Assembly (NCBI GenBank): GCA_965208105.1
Contig: OZ242318.1
Coordinates: forward strand, 3,552,001-3,616,000
Direction: 5' to 3'
Origin: Candidatus Latescibacterota bacterium
GTDB taxonomy: Bacteria; Latescibacterota; UBA2968; UBA8231
DNA: 64,000 bases
The notes beneath the pieces are model-generated. The model did not search any database, was not told the origin of the DNA, and saw only the letters and a program-made list of their open reading frames with translations. A program made the position numbers and the translations under genes. Positions 30,071-39,554 of this stretch are shown here, in pieces; the first letter of the stretch is position 1, and each line of letters begins with the position of its first letter.

Positions 30071-30835
30071 ATGATTGACCCAGTCGAGCTCGGACAAAGG
30101 TTAAAGGAGAGACGGAAGCATCGAGGATTCACGCAGGAACAACTGGGGCAAGACCTGTTCGTCAGCCCGCAGGCCGTTTCCAAGTGGGAGACCGGCGAGT
30201 CACTCCCCGATATAGGGACAATTCCTGCCTTGTGCAAAGCTCTGGGCACTTCCTCCGATGATTTATTGGGAATCAGCAGTGAACCCGACATAGAAACTCT
30301 CGGAGTCAAATTAGCCCGGAGTATCGGAAATCTCAAAGACAGCGAGGAACGACATGCTGCTCTAATGACGGCCCTCGGACTCTTGATCTCGACCTCTGTT
30401 GGGGGAGGTAATGGGGACAGGAATATTTCCTATCAATTATCTGACAGCGGACTTACGGGCTTCAGCTTCTGGAGCAGCATCGGTTTAGTATGCTTTGCTG
30501 GGGGGCAGTCATTGGAAAAAGAAACCCCATCAACCCACATGCTGGACATTCTTCGCACCCTACTCTCTACCGATTGCTGGCCCATCGCTTCTCGACTACT
30601 AGGTGGACCTAAAAATTGGGCCGCCCTATCGGAAGTCGAGCCGGTCGGATCTACGCAGGCACTGAAGGGTGTACTTGGTAAATTGATTGCAGCAGGGATC
30701 TTGGTACAAGACAAGGAGGGCTATCGGTTGGAAGAGAACTATGGACTAATTCTAACTGGAATGATCAAGGCCCTATGTATGGAAAGCGCGAGAGAAGGTA
30801 TTGGAAGTAGTATCTTCGTGAATCGACAGACCTAG
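30071..30835 (+). CDS. XRE-family transcriptional regulator with probable C-terminal winged helix
   Basis: TQEQLG..VSPQAVSKWETGESLPD; strong AGGAGGAG RBS before ATG 30071. Confidence 0.88.
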   Translation: MIDPVELGQRLKERRKHRGFTQEQLGQDLFVSPQAVSKWETGESLPDIGTIPALCKALGTSSDDLLGISSEPDIETLGVKLARSIGNLKDSEERHAALMTALGLLISTSVGGGNGDRNISYQLSDSGLTGFSFWSSIGLVCFAGGQSLEKETPSTHMLDILRTLLSTDCWPIASRLLGGPKNWAALSEVEPVGSTQALKGVLGKLIAAGILVQDKEGYRLEENYGLILTGMIKALCMESAREGIGSSIFVNRQT

Positions 30836-31037
30836 GGCTATCTCTAAGCGGCGACGGCCATCCATCGGTACCCAGCGGTCGGATCGAATTTTTGGGTGGA
30901 GCGCTGGGTAACGGCTACTACAAGGACGCCATCCTCGGCTTGAAGCGGTGAGTTGACCGTTATCTGGACTACATGTACCAGATCAATCCGATAGAAATCC
31001 AGCCCTACGAGCAGGTTTTCCCACCAAGGAGGAAAAC

Positions 31038-31223
31038 ATGGCCAAGATCGAAAGAGAACGGGTGGAGCGTGTGGCGCGGATTTATTCGAGCAACCAGGAA
31101 GCCAGCCAGGCCCTGGGCATCGTCATGCAGAGCTTCGGCCGGCTCTGCCGCGAGTACGGTATCGAGACTCCCTATGCGCGCAGGCGCCGGCTCCGCCAGC
31201 GCAAGGAATCCAGAGCAAATTAG
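31038..31223 (+). CDS. Small basic helix-turn-helix protein (61 aa)
   Basis: AAGGAGG RBS; SNQEASQALGI..SFGRLCREYGI HTH-like pattern; Arg-rich tail. Confidence 0.75.
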   Translation: MAKIERERVERVARIYSSNQEASQALGIVMQSFGRLCREYGIETPYARRRRLRQRKESRAN

Positions 31224-31323
31224 ACCGATCCCCTTGGTCGACGAGCGGGCGGTGTGGACAACCCGGAGAAACCCCTCATAAAATTTAGCAATGGGCTCCG
31301 GTCTGGATAAGTTCAAAAACGAA

Positions 31324-34300
31324 ATGAAAAAAGAATCTTCATCCCTCCTGCCGAGAATATCGGTGAATCGCCCCGTATCCGTTGTAATGGGCCTGATGGC
31401 TTTGCTGGTGGTAGGCTACATTGCCTATAGCCGGATTCCACTCAGCCGGTTCCCCGAAGGGCTGGAAGACAATTGGCTCTACATAAACATATACTATCCT
31501 CACGCCAGTCCATTTGAAGTGAAGGAGAAAATTCTACCCTACGCTGAAGATGAGCTCTCAAAACTCAACTGGGTAAAATATCTCGAAACGGTCTGTGCCT
31601 ACGGCCAATTAAACGCCAAACTGCAATGCCGGCCGAATACGGACACAAATCGCGCCTATGTTGAGCTGCAGGATGTGCTGGATCGGATTCGCCCGGATTT
31701 ACCGGAAAGAATCGAGTCCATGCATGTCGTACAGTTCGACATGGATGATGCATCCGTTATGGGGATGACCGCTACGTTCGAGGGGGATTTCATCAATCCG
31801 TATTATCTGTTGAATACCTACCTGAGACCCATGCTGCAACGAATCGAAGGTGTGGCTCACGTAGGTATATGGGGACCTGGTCGTAAGGAAGTCCGGATTG
31901 AATTGGATGAGGACAAGGTGCTCAACCACAAGATCCAAATAGCCGATCTCGTCGATCACCTGCAGACCCAGAATTTCACTTTATCAGGTGGATATGTGCG
32001 GGAGGGAGGCAAAAAGATCCTTGTACGATCGGTTGGGAGATTCTACTCGATTGAAGAATTGAAGAATATGGTCGTCGATGCACATTACGACCTTCGACTC
32101 AAGGATATTGCCGAAATCAGCCTGAAACTGCCTAAACGGAAGTGGGTAAATCGGGTTGACCGCAAGGAATCCATGTGGATTTCCGTTCAACGAACTTCGA
32201 CCGGAAATATTGTAGCGGTCTCCGAAGAGGTGCGGGCTACGCTGGAAGAGGTAAAAAAGCGTCCCGATTTCCAGGGGGTGGAAATCGATATCGTCTGGGA
32301 TCAAGGCAGGCATATTGTCCGGTCCTTGGACCATTTGAAAAGTTCGGGATGGTGGGGCGGCCTGTTTGCCGCTGCGATCCTGTTCATCTTTCTCAGGATT
32401 CTACGGATAACATTAGTCATCACCTCGGCGATTCCGCTTTCGATCCTTACCACCATGATTGCCATCTACTTTATGGGGTGGTCCCTTAACTCTGCTACCA
32501 TGCTGGGATTATTGCTGAGTCTGGGGTTGGTGGTAGATAATGCCATCGTGATTGTGGAAAATATCTATCGCAGGCGTCAGGAAGGTACGGACCCTCGCCT
32601 GGCATCCATTCGAGGAGCCGGCGAGGTTGAGTTGGCCGTGACCACCGCAACTCTTACCACGATTGTTGTTTTCTTGCCCCTGATATTGATGAGCGAAGAT
32701 GAGCACTTTGTTTTCTGGATGATGCGCATTGGGCTACCGGTGGCAATCGGATTGCTTGCCTCCTTGTTTATTGCCTTGATTTTGATCCCCTTGGCGGTAC
32801 AGCATTTGGAAGTCTCTCGAAAACGTGGTGATCCGAGATGGATAATGTGGCTGCGCAATGGGTACCTGCGTTGCTTGAGATGGGTCCTCAACCACAGGCT
32901 CGATTCGCTTATCGCGGTGTTGGTGATCATGGGCAGTATCTATATCCCATACGAAGGCCTGAAAGATATGGATCGTCCAGAGGGTCGGCGGCGGCATGTT
33001 CATCTGCGATTCAATATGCCAACCGGAAACACGCTCGAGCAGTCCGACAAATTTATGCGCAGCGTGGAAGATACATTGATGAATCACCAGAAGGAATACG
33101 GTTTCGAGCATTTGAGGGTGAGGGCCAGGACCTGGGATGGGCATGTCCGGCTGGTTTTCAAAGAAGAGGAGCAAGTGGCATGGTACAAAGGGGTCTTTGA
33201 TCAATTCATCAGGATGATTGGGTTGCACGAAAAATCGCATATGACTCCTGATGAAATCATAGAGGACATTAAGGAACGTCTCGTAATGCCGGCAGGCGTC
33301 CACCTGGTTTTGAATTGGGGGCGCAGCGGGAGCTCGTTCGAAGCGGCAGATGAACACAACTCGGTCTCGATACATCTCTATGGTGATGATTATGCAAGGT
33401 TGGTGAGGTTGGCCGAAGAAGTCGAGCGGCGGATGGATCAGATTCCGGGGTTTATATCGGTATATACAGATATGGATCGAGGCACACCGGAATTACAGGT
33501 AAACGTCCATGGTGAAAAGTTGAGCCGGTACGGCATTTCGCCCGAAGTGATTTCCAATAGTCTTCTGGGAAGGCTTGCCGGATTCGACGTGGGCGATCTT
33601 CCCCAGGAGGATGGAAGCGAATTGGACATTCGAATCCAGGTGGAGGAAGAGGACCACTATAATCTGCAACAACTCCGCAACCTTCCCTTTTCAACGAATG
33701 AAGGCCTGCTGGTTCCCTTGGAGATATTGGCCTCGTTTCAACCGGAGCGCAGCCTGGGAAAGATTCGCCGCAAGGACCGTAAAACCTTGATCAGAGTGAC
33801 GGCTCTGGCTCCCAGGGACAACGCCAGGGAACTCTTCGGGGAAGTGGATAGAATGATGGAAGATTTCCAGATGCCGCGCGGTTATCGCTGGGATAAAGGC
33901 GCAAGCTTTGTGCGTTTGGAAGAAGCCAATCGGTCCCGGCAATTTGCCCTGATCATGGCGGGGGCATTTGTATTTTTGTTGATGGGTGTGCTCTTCGAGT
34001 CGATTTTGTTGCCCTTTTCGGTGATGATTGCCGTACCGTTCGCCCTGTTGGGGGTGTATTGGATGCTGTATCTAACCCATACTCCCTTTGAGTTCCTGTC
34101 ACAGATTGGCACGGTAATTCTCATCGGGATGGTGGTGAATAACGCCATTGTGCTCATCGACCTGGCCAACCGCCTGCGCAGGGATGGGCTGAATTGCCAT
34201 GATGCTCTGATCGAGGCTGCCAGACACCGGTTCAGACCAATCCTGATGACCACCTTCACCACGATCTGTGGCTTGATTCCCATGACGGTAGGCAATGTTC

Positions 34301-34476
34301 AAGTAATTGGCACAGGATATGCCCCTTTGGGACGCGCCATGATGGGTGGGTTGCTGGCCTCCGCGCTGCTCACCTTGTTGATTGTGCCCTTGTGCTATTC
34401 TTTGCTTGAAATCCTTCGGGGCTTGGTAAAAGATTTCGTGGTTTCTGCCTTCGGGAATCACCATGAACCAAGGTAA
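31324..34476 (+). CDS. RND efflux transporter permease (AcrB/AcrD/AcrF family)
   Basis: SVNRPV, AIPLS, VDNAIVIVENI, TLTTIVVFLP, VVNNAIVL, RFRPILMTT; about 1050 aa; start 31291 also possible. Confidence 0.93.
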   Translation: MKKESSSLLPRISVNRPVSVVMGLMALLVVGYIAYSRIPLSRFPEGLEDNWLYINIYYPHASPFEVKEKILPYAEDELSKLNWVKYLETVCAYGQLNAKLQCRPNTDTNRAYVELQDVLDRIRPDLPERIESMHVVQFDMDDASVMGMTATFEGDFINPYYLLNTYLRPMLQRIEGVAHVGIWGPGRKEVRIELDEDKVLNHKIQIADLVDHLQTQNFTLSGGYVREGGKKILVRSVGRFYSIEELKNMVVDAHYDLRLKDIAEISLKLPKRKWVNRVDRKESMWISVQRTSTGNIVAVSEEVRATLEEVKKRPDFQGVEIDIVWDQGRHIVRSLDHLKSSGWWGGLFAAAILFIFLRILRITLVITSAIPLSILTTMIAIYFMGWSLNSATMLGLLLSLGLVVDNAIVIVENIYRRRQEGTDPRLASIRGAGEVELAVTTATLTTIVVFLPLILMSEDEHFVFWMMRIGLPVAIGLLASLFIALILIPLAVQHLEVSRKRGDPRWIMWLRNGYLRCLRWVLNHRLDSLIAVLVIMGSIYIPYEGLKDMDRPEGRRRHVHLRFNMPTGNTLEQSDKFMRSVEDTLMNHQKEYGFEHLRVRARTWDGHVRLVFKEEEQVAWYKGVFDQFIRMIGLHEKSHMTPDEIIEDIKERLVMPAGVHLVLNWGRSGSSFEAADEHNSVSIHLYGDDYARLVRLAEEVERRMDQIPGFISVYTDMDRGTPELQVNVHGEKLSRYGISPEVISNSLLGRLAGFDVGDLPQEDGSELDIRIQVEEEDHYNLQQLRNLPFSTNEGLLVPLEILASFQPERSLGKIRRKDRKTLIRVTALAPRDNARELFGEVDRMMEDFQMPRGYRWDKGASFVRLEEANRSRQFALIMAGAFVFLLMGVLFESILLPFSVMIAVPFALLGVYWMLYLTHTPFEFLSQIGTVILIGMVVNNAIVLIDLANRLRRDGLNCHDALIEAARHRFRPILMTTFTTICGLIPMTVGNVQVIGTGYAPLGRAMMGGLLASALLTLLIVPLCYSLLEILRGLVKDFVVSAFGNHHEPR

Positions 34477-36283
34477 AGCGCCGGTTCAGCCTGAATGGTT
34501 GCATTGGAAGGCGCTGATCTGGCTGGCCAGGATACTCTGGAAGGCCGCCCCTGCTTCCCTATTCACCCATCTGGGCTCGGCCGTGCTGCAGTCCCTGTTT
34601 CCGGCGCTGCGGCTGCTGATCATCAAGGAGCTGATCGACGAGTCGCACCAGGCATTCGACCAGAAGACCGAAGGATTCGAAAGTGTGATGGTCTGGGTCG
34701 GCCTGTTGGTCGGTTTGCAGGTGGTGGATGCTCTTCTGTGGGGGATCAAGGTACATGCGCGGGGGAGGGTGCGGGAGAAACTGGAATGGAGGCTCGAGGA
34801 CCGCATGCTGCAACGGGCGGGCACCCTGGACTTGGCGCGGTATGAAGACCCGGTGCTGTTCGACCGGTTGAAGCGAGCACAGGAGGCGACAACGTCATGG
34901 GCAATGAACGCCTTCGACTACAGCCGCCTGGCCCTGGAGGGCGTCATCGCCCTTCTGTCCTTCTCCGGGCTGCTCCTCGGTGCCCATATCTCCATTCCAT
35001 TCTTGTTGCTCCTTGGTGTGGTCCCCATGCTGGTCACCCACATCCGCCAGGGCAAGGAGCGCTTCCGGCTTTACCACGAACAAACCCCGCATCAGCGCCG
35101 GGAAGAGTACCTAGTGAAGCTGCTCCTCGACCGGGAGGCTGCCCAGGAGATCAGACTCTTTCGCCTGGGAGAATTTCTCAAGGAGAAGTGGCATCGCTTG
35201 GCCCTGACGCTGAAGCAGGAGCGCTTCCGCCTCATCCTGAAGCAGCAGAAGGCTCAGGTCCTGGCGCGGCTGCCGGGGTTGGTCGTCCTCTTCGCCGCCG
35301 TGTTCATCCTGCTCTGGCAGGCCGTACACGTCATCATCACCCTGGGTGCTTTCTTCGCGTTGATGGAAGCGGCCCGAAGTTTCCAGAACCGTCTGCGCGA
35401 GCTCCTGGTTGACCTGGGTACGGTTCTCGAGAGCATGCTCTACGTGTCGGACCTCTACAGCTTCGTCTCCACGGGGCCGAAACCTCCGGCACGCACCATC
35501 GCCCTGTCCGACCAACCCCTGTCCATCTCCTGCGAGGACGTGTGCTTCGCCTACCCGGGGTTCCCACAGGTTCTGCACGACCTGAACTTCCATCTGCGCG
35601 TCGGCGAGAAGATAGCCCTTGTGGGCGAGAACGGAGCCGGCAAAACTACCCTGATCAAGCTGCTTTTGGGCCTCTACCATCCAACTTCGGGAAGGGTGTT
35701 GATCAATGGAGTGGACACCCGGCAAATCGACGCAGCCTCCCTGCGGGACCGCTGCGCCGCCGTCTTTCAGGATTTCCTGCAGTTCCAGCTTTCCGCCCGG
35801 GAGAATATCGGGTTCGGCCGCATCGAAGCCCTGGAGGACATGGAGCGCATCAGGGAGGCGGCCTCCGCCAGCGGAGCGGCGCCTGTGGTGGAGGATCTGC
35901 CCGGACGATACCGGACCATTCTGGGGCGCTACTTCGAGGGCGGCCGGGAACTGTCCCGGGGTCAATGGCAGAAACTGGCCCTTGCCCGGGCCTACTTTCG
36001 CCGGGCCCAGTTTCTGGTCTTCGACGAGCCCACCGCGGCCCTGGATCCGAGGGCCGAGCTGGAGGTCTTCCAGCAGTTCCGCACCCTGGCCGAGGACAAA
36101 TCCGCCGTCCTCGTCTCCCATCGAATGGCCTCGGCGCGCATCGCCGATCGCATCCTGGTGCTAAAGGAGGGACTCCTGGTGGAGAGCGGTCACCACGAGG
36201 ACCTTATCGCCATCGACGGGGAGTACGCCCGAATGTTCGCGCTGCAGTCCCACTGGTACAAAGAAGTGGCGGGCATGAAGTAA
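34463..36283 (+). CDS. ABC exporter, fused permease + ATPase
   Basis: GENGAGKT, LSRGQWQK, VFDEPT, VSHR; overlaps RND 3' end by 14 nt. Confidence 0.93.
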   Translation: MNQGKAPVQPEWLHWKALIWLARILWKAAPASLFTHLGSAVLQSLFPALRLLIIKELIDESHQAFDQKTEGFESVMVWVGLLVGLQVVDALLWGIKVHARGRVREKLEWRLEDRMLQRAGTLDLARYEDPVLFDRLKRAQEATTSWAMNAFDYSRLALEGVIALLSFSGLLLGAHISIPFLLLLGVVPMLVTHIRQGKERFRLYHEQTPHQRREEYLVKLLLDREAAQEIRLFRLGEFLKEKWHRLALTLKQERFRLILKQQKAQVLARLPGLVVLFAAVFILLWQAVHVIITLGAFFALMEAARSFQNRLRELLVDLGTVLESMLYVSDLYSFVSTGPKPPARTIALSDQPLSISCEDVCFAYPGFPQVLHDLNFHLRVGEKIALVGENGAGKTTLIKLLLGLYHPTSGRVLINGVDTRQIDAASLRDRCAAVFQDFLQFQLSARENIGFGRIEALEDMERIREAASASGAAPVVEDLPGRYRTILGRYFEGGRELSRGQWQKLALARAYFRRAQFLVFDEPTAALDPRAELEVFQQFRTLAEDKSAVLVSHRMASARIADRILVLKEGLLVESGHHEDLIAIDGEYARMFALQSHWYKEVAGMK

Positions 36284-36284
36284 C

Positions 36285-38105
36285 ATGAGCCAGCTTCCAT
36301 CCATCCACGCCCGGCGCGAGTCGACGGCCCGCCTGTTGCTGCGCCTCTTTTACATTCTGATCACCACCCATTCCTACGGAATGATCGGGTTGGGCCTGGT
36401 CATCCTCCTGGCCGGCCTCCTTCCCGCCGCCGAACTGTGGATTATCGGCAAGTTGCTGGATCGCCTCGTGGAAGTCACCGGCCTGGGACGGGAGGGGTTC
36501 CAGGCGCTCGTGCCCTGGGCCCTGGCTCTGGTGGGGACTCTGGTCTTGGGACCTCTGCTGGACATGGTGCGCGGCATCGTGGAGGTGGACGCCCAGGAGA
36601 GGGTCCGGATTCGACTGCAGCAGCAGGTCATCGAGAAAGTACAGGGAACGGACCTGGTCAACTTCGAGGAGCCCGAATTCTACGATATGCTGCACCGCGC
36701 CAACGAGGACATGGGAAACCGCATCCTCTACCTGTTGCAGCAGGTGATTCAAATTGCCGGTTCGCTGATCGCCCTGGGGGGTATTCTGGGCGTGCTGTTC
36801 ACCGGGCACTGGTCCCTGGCGCCGATCGTGGCCCTGGGAGCCATCCCGGGGATATGGATCAGCAAGAAGGTGCATCGTGTCATCTTCTGGTCACATCTCA
36901 CGCGCACTCCGCAGGCGCGGAAGGCCCAGTACTTGCGGGAGTTGCTCCTCAACCGCGACGAAGCCAAGGAGGTGAAGCTCTTCGCTCTGTTCGACCATCT
37001 GCGCGGCGAATGGAGAGACAACGCCCGCTCCCTGGCGGCGGAGCGCCGCAGGCTGACTGCGAAGAAGGCTTGGCTGGACGCCCTTTCGGGGCTCGTCCGT
37101 TCCTGGGCCTACAGTCTATGTCTTGCTATTCTGGCCTATTTCCTCACCGGAGGGGCACTCACCATCGGGCAATACGGCATGCTTATGCAGGCAGTGCAGC
37201 AGTTCGCCCGGCGCCTGGATACCATCGTATACGCCATTGGGCTGTCCTTCGAGCAGTGCCTGTACCTGGGAGACCTCTTCGAATTCCTGGGCATGGAAAG
37301 ACGAACCAATGGCAGGACGCCTGCCCTGGAAGTAGCCCGTGGCCGGCAACCGGCCAAAGATCTTACCTTGCGTTTGGAGGATGTGAGCTTCCAGTATCCG
37401 GGCACGGAGCGTCCCACCCTGAGAGACCTGAGCCTGGAGATCCGGCCAGGGGAGCGCATCGCCCTGGTGGGGGAGAACGGGGCAGGCAAGACCACCCTGA
37501 TCAAGCTGGTGATGGGGCTCTACCAGGTCTCCTCGGGCCGCATTCTTCTGGGCGGGCGCCTGCTGCAAGAGTGGGACCCCGAGGAGTTGCGACCGCTTTT
37601 CGCCGCGGTCTTTCAGAATTTCGTCAAGTACCAGTTTTCTGTGCGTGACAACATCGCCTTCGGTGCCTTGGAAATTGAGGGTGAAGATCGAATTCGGAAG
37701 GCGGCTGAAATGGCCGGTGCAGCCGAATTCATAGATAAATTTCCGAACCAGTACCATACCCTTCTGGGACGGCCGCTGGGAGGCGTAGATTTGTCCATCG
37801 GGCAATGGCAGAAACTGGCTACCGCCCGTGGTCTTCTGCGGCCCTCGAAATTCATCATTCTGGACGAGCCGACTTCCGCTCTCGACCCCAAGGCAGAAGC
37901 ACAGGTCTTTCGCCGCTTCGCCGAGATGACCCGCGACAAAACCGCTATTCTGATCTCTCACCGCTTGGGATCTGCCCGAATAGCGGACCGCATCCTGGTT
38001 CTCAAAGATGGACGTCTGATCGAGGAGGGAGACCATGAAAGCCTGGTTGCAATGGAGGGTGAGTACGCTCGATTGTTCCGGCTTCAGGCCCGTTGGTATG
38101 CCTAG
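36285..38105 (+). CDS. ABC exporter, fused permease + ATPase (probable heterodimer partner)
   Basis: GENGAGKT, LSIGQWQK, ILDEPT, ISHR; 1 nt after preceding stop. Confidence 0.93.
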   Translation: MSQLPSIHARRESTARLLLRLFYILITTHSYGMIGLGLVILLAGLLPAAELWIIGKLLDRLVEVTGLGREGFQALVPWALALVGTLVLGPLLDMVRGIVEVDAQERVRIRLQQQVIEKVQGTDLVNFEEPEFYDMLHRANEDMGNRILYLLQQVIQIAGSLIALGGILGVLFTGHWSLAPIVALGAIPGIWISKKVHRVIFWSHLTRTPQARKAQYLRELLLNRDEAKEVKLFALFDHLRGEWRDNARSLAAERRRLTAKKAWLDALSGLVRSWAYSLCLAILAYFLTGGALTIGQYGMLMQAVQQFARRLDTIVYAIGLSFEQCLYLGDLFEFLGMERRTNGRTPALEVARGRQPAKDLTLRLEDVSFQYPGTERPTLRDLSLEIRPGERIALVGENGAGKTTLIKLVMGLYQVSSGRILLGGRLLQEWDPEELRPLFAAVFQNFVKYQFSVRDNIAFGALEIEGEDRIRKAAEMAGAAEFIDKFPNQYHTLLGRPLGGVDLSIGQWQKLATARGLLRPSKFIILDEPTSALDPKAEAQVFRRFAEMTRDKTAILISHRLGSARIADRILVLKDGRLIEEGDHESLVAMEGEYARLFRLQARWYA

Positions 38106-38228
38106 CTCCAAACTGTTGCCGATCACCTGATTTCCCCAACCTAGATTAGAGACTGGCACAATTCGCAGGGGAGGTCACTTCGGCAATTCCACGAAAATCT
38201 CGAAATCCAGGATGGGGGATGTAAGCCG

Positions 38229-38654
38229 ATGAATGAAGTAGCTCTCCGAAGAGACCTGCGGGAGGTGGATTGGGAGGCCTTGGCAAATATCTACTGTCGC
38301 GCTCCCCTGGGCACGCCTCATCCCGAGAAACTCCGTCGATCCTACGAAAATTGCGAGGTATGTTGTTTTGCCTTTTCGAATGATGAGCTGGTGGGAGCAG
38401 GAAGAGCAATTTCGGACGGGGAGACCTTTGCAACTGTTTGCGATCTTGTCGTTTCGCCTGACTTTCAACATCAGGGTATCGGTAGAGCCGTCCTGAGATC
38501 CATACTTCAGCAACTCGCTGTTCCCAAGGTGCTGCTTGCATGCATCCAGGGGCAGGAGGAATTTTATAGGAAGGAAGGATTCCTTAAACACAAGTCGGTC
38601 ATGGCGCTATACGAGAACCATGAATGGTTTGTTGCCAATGGCTATCTCGAATAG
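38229..38654 (+). CDS. GNAT family N-acetyltransferase
   Basis: LVGAGRAISDG, DLVVSPDFQHQGIG, FYRKEGF. Confidence 0.9.
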   Translation: MNEVALRRDLREVDWEALANIYCRAPLGTPHPEKLRRSYENCEVCCFAFSNDELVGAGRAISDGETFATVCDLVVSPDFQHQGIGRAVLRSILQQLAVPKVLLACIQGQEEFYRKEGFLKHKSVMALYENHEWFVANGYLE

Positions 38655-38824
38655 GGAGGTTTTCCACCAGGTCTTATCGGCTGGTGATTCGGAATTGGTT
38701 TCGTCCACTTCTTATAACCACAGGGTGTTGCGGAAGAGAGGCTACCCCGCCTTGGCTTTCGGCAATCTGCTTTGCGGTTTCGCAAACCGGTAACTCGACA
38801 GGTCGATTGCAGAAGTACCCTCCA

Positions 38825-39199
38825 ATGTCAAACTATTTTCGCATAGTGTCTGGCACGACTGGAATTTTCGAGGCCGTAACCCGGGATTGCCCATCGGATG
38901 ATCCTCGCCGTTCGGAAAAACCCGATGGGGCCTGGTTGCCCAAGGTCGGACTTCGGTTCGAGGGAGCCATTTCTTTCTGGACTGAAGCCGGGTTGAATCG
39001 CTATATGGAGTGCGGTTTGTTTCGTTGGCATGCCTCGGTAGTCCGTGACAGACCAACGGTGCTATGCGCTTCGATCCAGGGTCCAGCTCTATACTCCGAT
39101 CCCTACCAGGTTATATGCCATCCAAGGGCTGCCCACATTTTGTCCGAAACGGACTGGGAAGTTTTCCTCGCCCAGCGCAATGAGAAGCACAACACCTAA
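38825..39199 (+). CDS. Hypothetical protein
   Basis: 124-aa ORF with protein-like composition (ISFWTEAG, LYSDPYQV); start uncertain. Confidence 0.55.
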   Translation: MSNYFRIVSGTTGIFEAVTRDCPSDDPRRSEKPDGAWLPKVGLRFEGAISFWTEAGLNRYMECGLFRWHASVVRDRPTVLCASIQGPALYSDPYQVICHPRAAHILSETDWEVFLAQRNEKHNT

Positions 39200-39270
39200 C
39201 CGAACCGTTGCACGGCGGTGCATTCACAGCAGATTGCGCTTTGGAGTATGAAATCGAGCAACTTTTCCGA

Positions 39271-39465
39271 ATGGACGCGTCAATGATTCGGCGAAAGGCT
39301 GTACGAGCGGTCAATTTGACGCCGGATCACAGGGCATTGCTGATGAAGGTCCAAAAGCCTGTCACAGGATGCCAAGTTTGAATTACGCCCGGTGGAGGTC
39401 TGGAACCCGGAGAGTCTGGCGATGAAGTACTTCGACGCAAAGTCGCCGAAGAGACCGGCGCGGGG
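39271..39465 (+). pseudogene. Nudix hydrolase pseudogene
   Basis: RKAVRAV..TPDHRALLM...QV*ITPGGGLEPGESGDEVLRRKVAEETG. In-frame TGA at 39379-39381 where Trp is usual, Nudix box RE changed to RK, C-terminal half absent. Confidence 0.75.
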
Positions 39466-39554
39466 AACCTGGACCCGGAAGACGATGAGACGTCTTCCGG
39501 GCTCATTCGGCGGACCCGAGGGCAAAAGGATGCGGGGAGTACGGGGCCGGCTGC

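Noticed and set aside
30840-30951. Short frame ending GRIEFLGGALGNGYYKDAILGLKR* with a 9-bp inverted repeat
   Set aside because: It could be a gene-end remnant, but it has no start and no recognisable family.
39193-39260. attC-like start CCTAAC..CCGTTGCA at the stop of the 38825 ORF, among cassette-sized genes
   Set aside because: I found no complementary GTTAGG core or paired arm downstream, and there is no integrase in the window.
39379-39381. In-frame TGA in the Nudix ORF as selenocysteine or recoded Trp
   Set aside because: The position is normally Trp, many genes here end in TGA, and the ORF has other lesions, so a nonsense mutation is simpler.
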